Below are positions 1 to 14,051 of a DNA stretch of 64,000 nucleotides, piece by piece. The translations under genes and the position numbers were made by a program. Source of the DNA: Octopus sinensis (taxonomy: Eukaryota); contig NW_021835997.1 in the NCBI RefSeq assembly GCF_006345805.1, positions 1 to 64,000 on the forward strand, in the 5' to 3' direction. The notes beneath the pieces are model-generated. The model was given only the letters and a program-made list of their open reading frames with translations. It was not told the origin of the DNA and did no database searches. Position 1 is the first letter of the stretch, and every line of letters starts with the position of its first letter.

Positions 1-3000
1 TCAAATCGAAGGAAACTGAGCCAACCTTTTGGAGGAGTGCAGCACAGTCACCACCCTCCACATACTGCATTACCATACATAAATGTCTCTACCATATCAC
101 CACCCACCACCGCAGTTTTCAAAACTGCAGAACAATGACCAAAACACAAACGGATTGTCGTTGAATTTGAGATGTTCTCTCTCAGTGAAGATGTAGGTCT
201 ACGAACAATCCTCGCAAAGAATACAAGACCGAGCAAATGTTGACACGTCGACTGTCATTTGGTCTCAATCTGGGAATTAAAACTACTTGTGTCTAACGTG
301 GGAGATGAGGACTTAATGTTGCTTTCAAAGAAAATAAAAGTCGTTGGAAATTGGAGAATCACCGTTCTTTATTCTGTTCAACAATCTCTGGCCATAAGAC
401 TTTGATTGTGCAGAACATGCGATTCATATGGCAGAAGATTACGGAATTCTAAGAACAGGAACAGTCCATTGTTGTAGATACGTCTAAAACTCCAGTTTCG
501 TCATTTAAGATGAAATTTTCATCCAAAAATGACTAAAACATGAAATTTCCCTAAAAACCGAATATGTAAAAATAATTTTCGCATTCACGTCAGAACAGTC
601 CACATTCTGACGACCCTTAAATCATCTGATTTATTAATTGAACGGATTTAGATGGAACAACTATTCTAAAACATCAAATAAAAAATACTCTTTATGCAGA
701 ATAGGAGAACATAAAACCTTTCCATCACACATTAAGAAAAGGATAGAGAGATATATAGACTTTCCCGCATAAACAATCATTTTCTCTGATCCTTCCAGAT
801 AGACACAAAAATCGAGTGAGTGATTATTGCAAATCTACGATTCAAAATGATTAATATCACCTCCACAGTAGGCCGTAAAATTAATCCCCATCCAAACTGG
901 AGTGTTACTACGTCGATCATAAGCTGGATTATTTTCCCGTTTCAAAAATTTTTAGTTAAGTACAGTCTTGTGTGCACCTCTCACCTTGATCAAAAAACAA
1001 TCTCCATTTTCTTTCAACTATCACATTATTTATAATTTTTGACTTTGAGTGTGAACATTTAGATTTATATTCATTTCTTTGAAAATTCGAGATATTTTTC
1101 TTTGGAAAGAAAATCGTTATTTTGTTAAAAACTCTCAAATCATCAGTTCCCGGCATTATAACAGTCGATTTTTCTCCCGTCGACGTCATCAGAATTTCGT
1201 CAAATATAATTTTAACAGGAATCCACAATAGTTTGAAAATACAAATTCTGGTTTATTTTCGTGAGTTCCGAAACCAATGTTAATCAATTCTGATGAATCA
1301 TCAAATTCCTAAAATATGCAACATAAAACAAACATTAGTCAGACTTCTTAGAAAATCGATTAAATGTGTGGGAACTGTAATTCAAGACAGTCATTCGACG
1401 AAAGATCCACTAAAATTTTTTTTTGGTTCACATAAACTAATTCCGCCTAATTAATCAAAGTATAAATACAAACTTCAACTGAAGCAGTCCATGGTTTAAA
1501 ACACTCCCCTGATTCCAGAGGTTCTAAAATCGGTTCCCAGCATAGAAATTGTTTTATTGTAATATCCAATACTTAACTTTAAATCCATTTTTAAAGACAC
1601 CACAAATAAGGTTTTCACAAACTTTATTTGACAAATTTTCCCCCTTCGCGTAGAGAGAACTTTCAATTAAAACCAAAGACATTGCAGTTGGACAAAACCC
1701 AGATAGAAAATATTGACATCGACAAAATCGCAAATCAAACTTAAAATAAATTAGTTGAAAAACACTTTTTTAGTCTAGGTGAAAGTATCGGACGAATCGA
1801 ATCCTCACTGCTCCCAATATTAAATTTTTTTAAAAAGGAAAATCAGATTCAATAATATTCCTTTCGTGTAATAAAAGATTCAAATCTTTTTCACGTTTTT
1901 CCGTTATTACCTAAATTTAGCTCACTCGGAAATTACACCTCAGGGGAAAACAAAGAACTCAAAGCTATAGACAGACTTGCAATTATCGCAGGGAGACCAG
2001 TGAAGATAAACCTCAGGTATTGTCACCAATAGTATCTCATCCAATAAACAACAATAAAAACACGTAATCAAAGTACGTTCCAGAATCTAACACATTTAAT
2101 GATAAAATAAACATATGATCCGCATTTATTTTAAATCTCGATCAAATTTGGAAGCATATATTATCAAATCACCAAACTCTATTTTTAGAGTTGTCTGGTT
2201 TGAATTAGCAGTATAATACATTTTAAAAATACACTAAAATTTGAAATCAATATTAACCTGTAAGACAAAAGCACGAGAATCGAGAACAGATGCATTCTCG
2301 ACTAAAACAAAATCAGCCCGAGCAGCAGTCTTGAGAATAACACATTTCTGTGACTTTCTGACATCTAATATTGAAATAAATCTCCAATATACATTTTTTT
2401 GTCACTGCTTTATGTGGTAGCCTTCTTTCCCGAGTCATCTTGTTCAAAAATACTCAAAAGACGCAAAATGAATTCCAAAATTAAAATAAGAATGATATCA
2501 CAAATTTCAAATTTACTATAAAATAGGAAATTAAATACTGAACAAAAAATTTGGTTTGGATTAATCAAGCAGTGAATTTTCACGAGCTTATCAATCGAGT
2601 TTGGATTGATTTTTCGACTAAAAAATCTAAACGAATTAAGTCAACAAAAAATATTAAATTTAAGGTAAAAAAACCTGTTTATTTTATCATGTCTGCTTAT
2701 TCTGTTGTCCAGAATAGTCAAATCATCAAAGAAGTTGAATACTCTGCTTCATAATTGTCATATTTTGTATATTTTACGACATTTTGTGATAATTTAAAGC
2801 AGGTATAACTGAACTGAACTTCGTGCGAAGTAAGTCTGCCCTATTGATATAAAAACGATATTTGTAACGATTTTTTCGTCAAAAAACAACGCAATCTCAA
2901 TATTAGAAACTTCTAAGATGGCGAATAAACTAATATATGCCCTCACTAGATTAAACTCAATATTTTGATCTGTTTAGACATAAAAAAATATCTACCGATT

Positions 3001-6000
3001 TGTGTACTTCCAGTGAATCTCCTAATTCCGAAAAAGTTGAAACACACCATCCAATATTTCAGTAAAGGTATAATCATCAAAATTTAGTCCAATCTTAAAA
3101 TAATATTCAAGTTGAAAACTTTAATCGACTGAAGATCCGCATTTACCTCAATTTGAGGACATTCAAAACACGCAAATTATTGAGAAGCCTTTTAATTGAC
3201 AAATTTGTAGTTATGGGAAGAATAAGCATATAGTTCTGGTCAGTTTCATTCACTTTTAATACTCCTACGATTCGTAGAAATAATTGATAACCTGGAAATG
3301 GATAAGTCAGTAAGAAAAATTTTAATATTTTCAGCCAAAGAACTTTTTTCAAAACTATTAATAATTCTTAATCTCCCAAAATCGAGAATGAGTGCTTGAC
3401 CAAGCTTGACAGGATGGGGGATAATGATCTCGGAGCGTCGAGTTCAATCTAAAATTCATATAAAACAAAACATTTCAGTAAATGAGTTTAGACTGTTCAC
3501 AGGTGACCATTCTGTAGTGCGTTTGGCAAGTGACGTCAACTTTGAAATCAAATGAAGACCTGATGTATTCGTAGTTGTTGAAAATTGGATAATTTCCATA
3601 AGACGGGAGGATAGTACACAATATAGAGTTTTGAAATGTTGGATGTCACTTCAATGTCAGGAAACGTTTCGTCGTGTGTTCGGCGAGTCCAAAAAACAAA
3701 TTTGCACGAAAAACTAGCTCATTCTCCACATTGGCAATAATGTGGCGATAAAGTCCAGGAAATTGACTCTTTTGTGACAATAAAATATTCGACAGAGAAA
3801 ATGTCATTTCTGTCTACCTTTTGTAAATTCTACGGTGGAGTGCATTCCGCGGACATTAAAATCTATTCCTTCAGAGTTCACAGTCTTCAATGTCATCATT
3901 ATCTCCTGGATGTCCGCCACAATAACCAGATCCACACCATAAGGTGCTTTTGACAACTTTCTACGTTTTTGTCATCTTGAGCTAACAAAAATTTATCAAA
4001 AATAAAAACGTGTTTCTTATTTGGGAAATTCGTAAGAAATACTTGATAGATTACTCACAATTTCAGCAATTGAAGAATCGACAATAAAACAGTCTAATAT
4101 CAACGTCGCACGTCTTCTACAATTCTAACCGTCTAGAACCCCCACAATTCTAAAAATAAATAAATGTGCAATAACCGTGGATTGATAAGAAATTCTAAGC
4201 GACCGGACAGATTCTTTCTTATTGCTGGGGCGATGTTATAATTTGAGTTTGTTTATTTCCTAAACTAAAATTAAAAGTTAAAACCCGAAAAATGAATGAG
4301 TCCAATTGAAATTCAGAATTTTTTTAAAACGCGGGCAGTCTGCCAATCACTTTCTATTGTAGAAAGAACAAACCTAACCTTTGTGAGCATATAATATTTG
4401 TATCCCTTCAAGCGACAAATATACTTGTTGATTGGACCACAACAAATCTCGTGGTCAGAAGTAATCCTCAAATACCCGAGATCCACAATAAGTGCACGAG
4501 ATCCCCTTGCGTCATAAACAATATGTACTCTCCCAAATTTCCGTTATCCGGAATTATAATATGGAGAGGATTCAGTTCAACGTTGAGATTCATTCGGTCT
4601 TTACTATCGGCAAGCTTTGTGAGTGTGGTCCCTGAAATGTCCTTCAGTTCTTCTAGTTTCTCGTATGCCATAGTTTTGAATCTAAAATATCCAAATTCAA
4701 CAACTCTTGGAAAGCTACGGACTTTGGGGTATAAAAAAGTTATAAATTTTGTTGATGGATTTCTAAAATCATAAGTTTAGACTTACGTAATCATATGCCA
4801 TAGACATTGGACTTGAGAACACATTAAAAATGCTGTCAAATGGTTGGTTGATTGGATTTTATACAAATTGGAAATCCAGTACAGGCAAATTTTGTTTTGT
4901 GTTTGTAGATTCTTTGCACAACAAATTCTCTCACGTCCCGCATTTGTTTTGCCGCAAACAAACAAATCCTCCAACGAAATGTCAATTCAGAATCCGTCTG
5001 AAATAGCCTCGTAAGTCGACATTAGTTTTTTGCTTCTAAACACTGCCAGCGATCTGCTAAACATTATTTTAGTAGTAAAACATCAGTTGATTGTCAAACA
5101 GAGATAAAGTCACATTTTTGAGCAGAAATTCAAATTTAAAATTCACATAATTACAAAATTAACTAAAATAATACAGAATCTGGATATTTTGACATTTCTC
5201 CGACATATCCAATAGCCTTACATCACTTGTCTTCTCTTCGGCGGTGAATTCTCTCGACTCGGCAGATTCAAGTTTGGTATCAAACCAACTAGTAATTTAA
5301 CCCAAGTGGTTTTTTTAGAGTTATTTGCTTTATTTATCCGACAACTTTACAGTCACTTTGAAAGAAGCCAACTTTCGTGCAAGAAAAATATTAAAGACGT
5401 CCAAATCCCGTTCCCCTTTCTGCCAATTTTAAATAAAAATCAACATTTATATCCTCGTCATGTGAGGGATTATTCGATTTGTTTAATTTATGAAAATATG
5501 CTTCCGAATATTACTTAAACAACCGTCTATGTGCCATCATCTGAGCTATATTTCTCATCTTTCTGTGAGATTGGGTGTCCATTACACATTTTATAGCATA
5601 TTGCCACCTAAAAAGAATCAAAATATTACTAATGGTACATATGTCTCCAATTCGTGTGCAAATCCATGTCATTTCTGAATTTTCTGAACTTGGTCCTTCT
5701 TTGGGACAGAATTATGGAATCACAAAACCCCATGAATCCAAAATACTGCAAAAATATATTTATAAGCAAAACCTGCGTGTTTATAAGATTGATTTCAACT
5801 TCGTCAACACGGATATCGGCAAATACCTTTGGCTGCTGGTACTCGGTCAGATCAGGCCGAGAGTCTATTCTAATCATACAAACAGCATGGATCGGACGTA
5901 TGACTAAGTTAAATACTCAAATACTATATGAATTCTCGTTTATTTCTTTAACTTTATTTGTTTGATTAAAATAAAAACCAATCGAATCAACTTTAAACAA

Positions 6001-6636
6001 CTAATCAAATAAATGTTCAATTCAAACCTTATTGAAGATAAAATTGCTGTCAGAACAGGGTGCCTCGTGCCACTCTGAGTCAGTAGTCTACCCAATATTA
6101 TATATTTATGGACCTTAAGGGTTGCACTCTTCAGAGTCAGTCCAGAAATGAAGGGCATTTCACAATTCATGTCTTCAAAGCGAATATGTACACGATTTAT
6201 GACAATTTCCAAATTTTTGAGCATTCTTATAGTCAACATTTGTAATTTATAAATTAAAAAGTTGGACTGTCCAAAGGAGATGTGCATAACAACAAATCGT
6301 CCAAAACGACTTCAATCGGTGACGAATATAAGTTTTTCCAAGGGATTTTAAGCAAAAGGCGTTCTATTGTGAATAAATGAATTATTTCTAACCAATACTG
6401 CCATGTAGTAAGACAAATGGCAGGTCTAGTTGATTCTAGCAAAAAATTAACAAAAAAGTAGTATACGAAGGCAGATGCTTTAAGTTTTAAGTTTGTTAAA
6501 TGAATATTTCCTATTTATGTTGAATTTGAAGTTCACCTTGCCATATGTTTACTTTTAGTTGAGATTTATCGAGATTTTCAAAGTATTGACCGAGAAATGA
6601 ATTACAGAATTCCACCGCAACAGATTCGAATACCAT
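1..6636 (-). CDS. VPS13: VPS13A/C-like lipid transfer protein, 5' portion (multi-exon, continues off window start)
   Basis: Spliced N-terminus from ATG at 6636 reads MVFESVAVEFCNSFLGQYFENLDKSQLKVNIWQ|GNIHLTNLKLKASAF|NQLDLPFVLLHGSI|ERLLLKIPWKNLYSSPIEVVLDD (chorein N domain). Downstream exons include KNLEIVINRVHIRFED and LNVELNPLHIIIPDNG. Continuity below ~4400 is inferred from exon-like segments, not traced exon by exon. Confidence 0.8.
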
Positions 6637-6969
6637 TTTAAAAATTTTATCTTTGATGTTAATTTATAATAAATTCAATTGAAGGAATAAAAATAAATAA
6701 ATAAAAATAAATATTATATATTTTGTATAAAATAACAGGTCAGACTATTATTTTTATAAAAAATTATTGAGACTTGTAAATTTTTTTAAGTATAATCAAA
6801 AAAAATTTAATTTATAATGATCAAATATATATTTTTATTTGTGAAATTGATCTTTGATGGTCAGCATAAATTTAAAATAAATGTTCAAAATGGAGCGAAA
6901 AAATTATCTTTACGTTTTTTGTCTTGTGGGTTTTTCATTAATACTAATCATACAAATTCTAGTCATAAA
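6637..6969. promoter_or_regulatory. Putative bidirectional promoter between head-to-head VPS13 and DMC1
   Basis: 333-bp very AT-rich gap between two divergent ATGs; position only, no motif validated. Confidence 0.4.
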
Positions 6970-7959
6970 ATGTCTTCAACGAACAAATCACAACTTGAAA
7001 CATCTATTAATGGGGATGAAATCGTTATCCATAAAAATAATGTTTAGTTCTTTGGCTACCACGACATTGACTTGCTTGAAAACTACGGAATCGTTTATTT
7101 TTGTTATAAACATAGAACGTCGCCGACATCAAAAAACTAAAATCAGCAGGAATATGCACAATTAGAGTTTATATAGCAAGAAATAATTTAAGGGAATCCA
7201 AATGACCACAACCAAGAAACTCCTCGGAATTAAAGGAATTTCCGACACCAAAGTTGAAAAAATCAAAGAAAGCGCTCGTAAAATAACCGTAGACTGACTA
7301 ATCCCCACTTTATTAGGAAAGCACGTTTATAAGTGCCTCTGAATTTTCAATGAGAAGAGAACAGTGTTTCAGAGTACAAACAGGAAGCACTGAATTAGAG
7401 TAAGTTGAATATTGTTAGAAAAAGTTCAATTTTGGGTGGAGGAATCGAAAGTATGGCAATCACTGAGTTCTTTGGGGAATTCCGTTGTGGGAAGACTCAG
7501 TTAGCCCATACTCTGTGTGGTTAGTCCTGTCCAGTCAATATAAGTGAGTTCAACTGGGCAACTAAATGGCCATAAAGTGATGTATGTTGATACAGAAAAC
7601 ACATTGTTGGGATATTAATCTAAATTTGGTAGTAGACCTTCTAGATTGCGTCCAATTGCACTTCGATTTAAAGTCAATTTGGACGAAGCTTTGGAAAATG
7701 TGCTTTACAGTCGTGTTTATACCGGTTTATTAAGATTATTGACCTTAGGCGAACATCAAATGGAAATTATGGATCATGTAGCAGCCAAATTTTATGAGGA
7801 GCCTGGTGTTTTCAGACTATTAGTTTGATTGATTGATTAATTGGATAGATTGTGGATTCTGTTATGGCATTGTATCGAGTTGATTATTCTGGGAGAGGAG
7901 AATTGGCTGATCGACAACAAAAATTAGGCCAATTTCTATCTAAACTACAAAAAATAAGC
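6970..7959 (+). pseudogene. DMC1: Meiotic recombinase DMC1, 3'-truncated
   Basis: Exons joined over ~23-30 nt GT-AG introns give DIDLLENYGI|NVADIKKLKSAGICTI...[29 protein letters not shown]...YVDTENTF|RPSRL...EHQMEIMDHVAAKFYEEPGVFRLL|[37 protein letters not shown]. Homology then stops with no splice donor; the C-terminal ~85 aa are absent. Confidence 0.9.
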
Positions 7960-8460
7960 AATCTCTCCACCAACTCCCTAATGAAGGGATCACCACTACA
8001 CGACCAATATTGGTAGATGTGCGATATCAGTTCTCCCCCTTCTTGTCTAGTGGAGTCAGACACACTCCCCACCCAGACAACTCTCACTGATCATTCCCAG
8101 TGCTTTCAAAGTCTTTTTCATATCGTAAAAGGACACCTCAATTCGAGTCAAAATAATAATCCACAAGCTCTTGTTTGAGGGAGTATTGGAATGCCTACGT
8201 AACTAAGCTAGACAAATAACCTTCAGAACTAAGTATGGAGTGCCTGATTCCTCTCGATTGCCTGACATTGCCTGCACTTTGCCAAACAGCCAGCCAATTT
8301 CCCTCAGTCGGGAGGCCTGGTCTGCCAATGGCTGTGACAACTACACCTAATTTAACCCAAACTCCTTCTCTGCAGGGCTATACCCCAACTCAATGTTCGG
8401 GATTAGGTTTAAAACGTCGCTGATTACAAAATCTTGTTCCTTACTTTTCGACCACTAAAT
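7960..8460 (+). mobile_element. Possible degraded CRE-type non-LTR restriction-like endonuclease remnant
   Basis: RLPDIAC and FPSVGRPGLPMAVTTTP resemble the RPAD...GRPAALDVxVxSP region of CRE-like elements; frameshifted, weak. Confidence 0.3.
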
Positions 8461-8479
8461 GATCATTTCCACACAACTG

Positions 8480-11090
8480 CTAGTTTTTGGAACAATTTGT
8501 CGTCCAACCGGGAGAATCCTGTTTTCCGAGACAGAATGTTGTGAGTTTCGAAGTGACAGTGTGTGTCTGTGGAAGGGAAACCACATTTTTTGACAAAGTG
8601 ATAAATAAAGGCGACAAATCTTCCCGAATCATTCCTCGATTGCCGAATTCGTCTCAATAGTTCAAAGAGTCGAGTGATTTGCCGTCCTGGTCAAAAAATA
8701 GCCATCACTGCATCTCGAATAATCGGCAAAATTTCAGGCTACAGTCTGAAATCCATTTTTTCCAAATATCCCGTACTCCTCACTCACTTGACCTGTTTAA
8801 CGTCCAATGTCGACGAAAAGATGAAACGGTCTCCTACTGTCTCAATTTGTTGGAACAAGCACAATTTCTCTACACAACTCCCCGTTCTAGAGGTAAATGT
8901 GTTTATAATATCTCAGTTACTGCAAACGTGCTTTAATAAGCTGTATAATGAAAGAGAATTGTGAACAAATTCCTACGTGTTTCCAGATTGCTGCCTCATA
9001 TTTGCTGTGTCGACCTTTCTGAGACGTCGAATGTTCTGTCGCAGTTACTGAACGCGCAGTGGTTGGTAATAAACAAATGCTATGCCAGGCTGAGGGAGTA
9101 TCCATGTGTGTAATTACGACGATCTTCACCCAAAGGCCGAGGACTCGAACCGGGATGCGTTCAGATATGCATTTCTTGGTGTTTTTGGTTTGTACTATTC
9201 TAATGAACTCAGTGAACATTCACCGGGAGGAATACAAGACCATAGTCCACAACATTATCCTGGCAGTCGTCCGTCACATTACTATCATTGCTGTCACTAG
9301 AGATCTCGGTTTTTTGTTTTTGTTACTATCTTCAGGCATGACTCAAATGTCGGACATTCACGTTAAGAAGGAGACTACGTCCATTGTGCTGATGGATGCG
9401 TTTCTCGAGGCTCTGACTCTCGACCACTCCCTCTTTACTTCCGTGCAGTCTTGTATTTTTAATCTCATTGAAACTGCCTCGTGTGTCTGTCGTTCTAAGG
9501 AGAGGGTTTTGATTTGGCAGTATTGTAGGCTCTTAAACTGTCTTTTTTCGCCTAATTTTTTGAAAAGAGTTACAATTCGTGTTTTGGAGACATGTTGCCT
9601 TCCAAGTTTGGAGGGTATGTCCTTGCGGAATCACATCTGCAGTTGTCGGGGAATCCGCCTCATGCTCAACTTTATTCCTGACTTTACTATTCGCTATTCT
9701 TTGGAATGCGTCAAGGCTCTACTTTTTGTATTGGGTAATTTAAGTGAAGTGGTTGTATTTGCGGAGTTAATGTTACAGGCGTCCATCAGCGACATGTTTG
9801 GTTAGAACATTCTGCATTTTGTCATTTAGAATGCTCAGGCTGCCGCTATAAAGGATAAAAGATATTTCGATAGTTTTATGCTGGTGATGAAGACACTCAT
9901 TCACGAGGCCTTCTCTGTTTACCCGAATTCCCGCAAACTGGTTATTTGCTAAGTTGACAAAAACAGAGCCAAAGTCTGCTTGCCGATATTTATTTGAAGT
10001 CGCCTGATCTTTTGATGGATGCAATTGTCGAGAATAAGGACACAATAGTGCACTGTCTTCATTCTCTCCCCACGTGGATATTTAATGAAACTTTTTACGT
10101 CCGAGTCGGCTTGATTGTTTTGAGTTTTGATTATCCTGCAGGAGGGAATTATTTTCTTTCTCCCCAGGATTTCTCATTTGTGTGCTTATGATTTTTCATT
10201 GGAAAGCCACCGCAAATGTGTCGAGTTGGTCATTACCATTTTGGAAGATCCCGAAGAACGCCTGACAGCCATGAACTCATTTAAAGAAATGAACGAATAT
10301 ATCGAATGTCTTTTGAGTAGTGATTACGTACAGTTGACAGGATTCCTCTCTGCCTTAAGCAATGCCGAGTTTTGCAAGCACAGGACTTTTGGACTTCTTT
10401 GCATGTATTGGTACACCAGGAAGTGCCGATCCGAGAATTCGCCTTTTATTGCACTTCAAAGGTATATTTATCAGTCATTTTTAGTATCTCGAGTTTTTTA
10501 AATACGACCATAAAGTGGTAAAAAACATGATAAACGAGCAGTTTCAAAGATGAGTAATGTTTTTACCACAGATACCGACAGCTTTGAACTTTTCACCAAC
10601 CTTACCCATCTTTTCTTTTCTTTCAAACAGAGGCGATGATTAAACACTTTTAGTTTAATTGTGATGTTTACTGCCAAGATAACTCTAGAAAAGGGGTTGG
10701 ACTATATTGTTAATCAGAGGAGTACGGTGTTCTATTCCTTCAAAACAGGGTTCCTTTTTTTAACATTCAAAGAATTTTGCTCGGTGCCTTGAACAGTTCA
10801 GAATGATTGGGAAAATATATATTTGAAAATTTGCTATTCATCCAGGTTAATTATGATAGGCATATTGTCCAGGAAAGTGATAACCTGAGGATTCCCCTGC
10901 ACTACATTTTTTTAGATTTCCCGCGGAAGCAGTCAGTTACCTCCTCACTGATCTCCCCGCTCGTTCTCAGCAGCATATGAATTTCATGATGGTTGTTTGT
11001 CTTTATATATCGACAGAAAACATTTAAACACCCAGAGTGTCTTATCTCCATTTCATTGTCCAGACAAGATAACCAATTTGTGTTTTTGGT
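8480..11090 (+). CDS. ARM/HEAT-like helical repeat protein (unidentified, multi-exon, possibly partial)
   Basis: Co-oriented ORFs 8674-8964, 9059-9805, 9994-10191 and 10127-10501 with amphipathic Leu-rich helices (e.g. LECVKALLFVLGNLSE) separated by short GT-AG gaps; family not recognised. Confidence 0.45.
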
Positions 11091-11147
11091 TATTGTTGTT
11101 ATTTAGATAGAGACTATGAATAAGGGATATCAAATATAACGACCAGG

Positions 11148-11733
11148 GATAGTAAAAAGGTTTAGAGGAGGTCAAACAAGTTAATATAGTAGACCATCAA
11201 GGGAGGTAGTTGTCCTGAAAAAATCAGGTCGATTGCATGCACACACGTGGGGATCTCGGGGGGTGTTTTGTCGGGAAATAAAGACTTATTTTTAGTTAGA
11301 ATTATGTTCAGCTTTTCAAATTTGTTAATCAACTAATTTATAATATGTTTAGTGAATTTGTTAATGTATTCTAGAGATTTTATCGATAAACTGCATATTT
11401 CCAGGCCTCTTGAGAAGGGCCCTTATAGATAGGCCTTTAGCATACATTGTAGTAGCCTATAAAGAAACTAAGGTCTAGGAACGTCTGACTCCAGTTTTGC
11501 ATGCAAAAACGTTCATAAAACATCAAAATTGATATATAACAATATTTTTAATTTATTTATTTTCTCATTTACATTGTAAGTCTGACATCTTAAGTTACAT
11601 CGTACATGGTTCCTTAGTTTGAGATAGTAAAAAGGTTTAGAGGAGGTTGAACAAGTTAATATAGTAGACCATCAAGGGAGGCAGTTGTCCTGGAAAAATC
11701 AGGTCGATTGGTTGCACACAAGTGGAGATCTCG
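11148..11733. repeat. Dispersed ~110-bp direct repeat pair (11148-11258 and 11623-11733)
   Basis: Both copies begin gatagtaaaaaggtttagaggaggt and run to ...gatctcg with a few substitutions. Confidence 0.85.
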
Positions 11734-12269
11734 CGTTTATTTTTGGTCAAGATAAAAACGCATTTTTAGATTTAAATAAGAACGCTATTATTTTAGAAGT
11801 GATTCATTATGTTTCTTGCCACTAAGGTAAATTTTGTTGACGTATTTGATCAAATTGAGTAAGATACTTGCGGTTTGATATATTACAATAGGGGACTCAA
11901 ATAGATCCGAAGTTGACCCTGAATGCCATCGCACGTGGTGCACCCACTAGAAATTTAATCGCTTTAAAACATAATAATTTATAACTAAATTAACTAAAAT
12001 TGCTCCTGATTCGGAATCACCTCGGTTTTCTCCTCAGACCTTCCTAAAGAAATCAGGGGACAGAATTCATAACTCTATAGGAAGATCTGATTAGATTTCT
12101 GAATACAGAAATGAATTTAGAACGTCAAGATTAATATTTATATATATTTTTTAATTGCTAATTATGTATTTGTGATTTTTTAGAATTAATATGTTTTATT
12201 ACATGTTCTCACTACAAACATGTTAAAACGCATGTCAAAAACGCATTTAATAGTGTCAGGAGGGACTAA

Positions 12270-12883
12270 ATGCTCGAGATTGTCGAAAAATGCTGACCCG
12301 AACTATTTCCAATCGTTTCTCTTGCATATTCTACGCTGAGCAGCCTGCTTTTTCGGGTAAAGTCATCAGGTCAGAATGTGGGATCCAACATGGTGACCCC
12401 CTCTTATTTGCTGTTTGTGTCGACCATGTGGTATTTTTTTGCCAATTAATTTTTAGTATTTGGACGACATCACTTTTGGAGGGTCGTTAAAGCAATAATG
12501 AAGGATTCTTCAGGATAATATTTGAATTCGCTAAAATTGGACTTTTACTAAATGACGCGAAATGTGAAGTAGCTGGACTCTCGGAGCCACTAACGCCCCA
12601 GATTGTTGCTTTTTTGGCCCTTTCGAGGAAGATTTGATCTATGTATAACCGCTCTTGATGATTTGTGATTTTGGGGTCCCCAATTTGTAACAAGGGAGTC
12701 GCGAAGGCCATCGCCTCGCAACGTGGAAAGATTTGGGTTTCATTTAAAGGTGTTTTTTGCTTAAATTATTTTATACATCCCACGTCTGACTGATCTGTTC
12801 CGTACATACAGTGTTTCCGCTCGAATGAGCAACTTTTGGCTTTGGATGACGTTGTTTCTGTGTCGTTACAGCTCCTTCTAAAT
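12270..12883 (+). mobile_element. Degraded CRE-like non-LTR reverse transcriptase fragment
   Basis: SECGIQHGDPLLF (QQGDPLGPLLF motif), IGLLLNDAKCEV, ILGSPI and IPRLTDLFRT across frameshifts. Confidence 0.75.
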
Positions 12884-12960
12884 CGGGGGTGTCAAAGATA
12901 CGGCCCCCGGGCCAGAGCTGGCCCGCGGACGATCTCAAATGGCCCGCGGTAAAAGTTTAA
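12884..12960 (+). mobile_element. hAT (Charlie-like) terminal fragment
   Basis: cgggggtgtcaaagatacggcccccgggccagagctggcccgcgg resembles the CAGGGGTGTCAAA...GGCCCGCGG hAT end; preceded by ttctaaat, close to the NTCTAGAN target preference. Confidence 0.6.
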
Positions 12961-13003
12961 AAGTGTATTTAAAATCTAAAATTATTATTTAAATAGTTAT
13001 ATT

Positions 13004-14051
13004 CCATAACTGAAACGGGCCAGACGTGTAACAATTTGGCCTTGCATTTTAACCTTCAAATGTCATTTAATTGTTGTCTGCCGGTAACTATTATTTTTGC
13101 AAATGAGAATAGCTAATGCAGTCAAAGATGATAATGAATATAATGATATTCTTCAGTATTTACAACATGAGAAATTTCCAGAGGATTGTCAAGAACACAA
13201 AGATCAAGATTTTTACAAAAATGCAAGAAGTTTCATTTTAATCGGAGGTATTTTCCTATCTCATTTCAGGAACACTTATTTAATGAAATAAATGGTGAAA
13301 TAATTTGTTTGAATGATCACGAACAATTAAATATCATTGTGATCGGATTCATTCTCAGTTTCACTTTGATAGAAAATGAAGATGGAACCGAAAAAACGGT
13401 TTTTTACTCTCAAATTAAAAAAATTTAAATAAATTGTTTTGAAATTATTTTTAATAAATCCCTGTAATAGTAGATTGAAAGTATGTTGAGATAGTATCTG
13501 TATCAAAAATGCCGCGGCCGAAGGCCGCATAGGGGAATAGTAGCTATCTTACAAATTTCGGCCGAAGGCCGTTAGGTAGGTAAGGCTTTATTTGATCAGA
13601 AAATCTCTTCTGTATTAACTTAAAAATAAATTAAATTTAAAGGAACTTCAGCTATTGTCCAAATAAGAGAATGATAACAAACTTAAAGATTTTAAACTAC
13701 ATTTTTAAAATTAAAGTAGACTAGGCCTTTATAATTCTTTAAGAATTTTCATTATTTCTATCATTTTATATTCTAGATAAAAATGAAACAATAACAAATT
13801 TTTAGAATGAAATTTATTAAAATAATATTATTTTTTTAAAGATAATTTATCAAATTTAATGGATAACCAATAATATTTTTTAAATAAATTTAAGTACATT
13901 ATATGTTGTTCATTAGATGTTGTTGTTCATTAGATGTTTCAGTTATGGCGCACCACATTATTCCAAAGTTTTGTTAATTGCTAATCAAGGTCATTATGCG
14001 GTTTTCTCAGGGTCAAAATGTTACACGTCTGGGCGCCCGTTTCAGTTATGG
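13004..14051. mobile_element. ~1.05-kb segment bounded by ~30-bp inverted repeats, containing an integrase-adjacent remnant
   Basis: 13004-13033 ccataactgaaacgggccagacgtgtaaca is the reverse complement of 14019-14051 apart from a small indel. A partial direct copy lies at ~13937-13960. Internal YNDILQYLQHEKFPED...FILIGG resembles the pre-zinc-finger region of Gypsy/Ginger integrases. Confidence 0.5.

Noticed and set aside
240-530. Cadherin-like FILNDETGVLDV motif
   Set aside because: No DRE or DxNDNxP motifs nearby; more simply explained as VPS13 exons
11650-11730. LCATNRPD resembling the AAA+ second region of homology
   Set aside because: Immediately followed by a stop, with no Walker motifs; chance match
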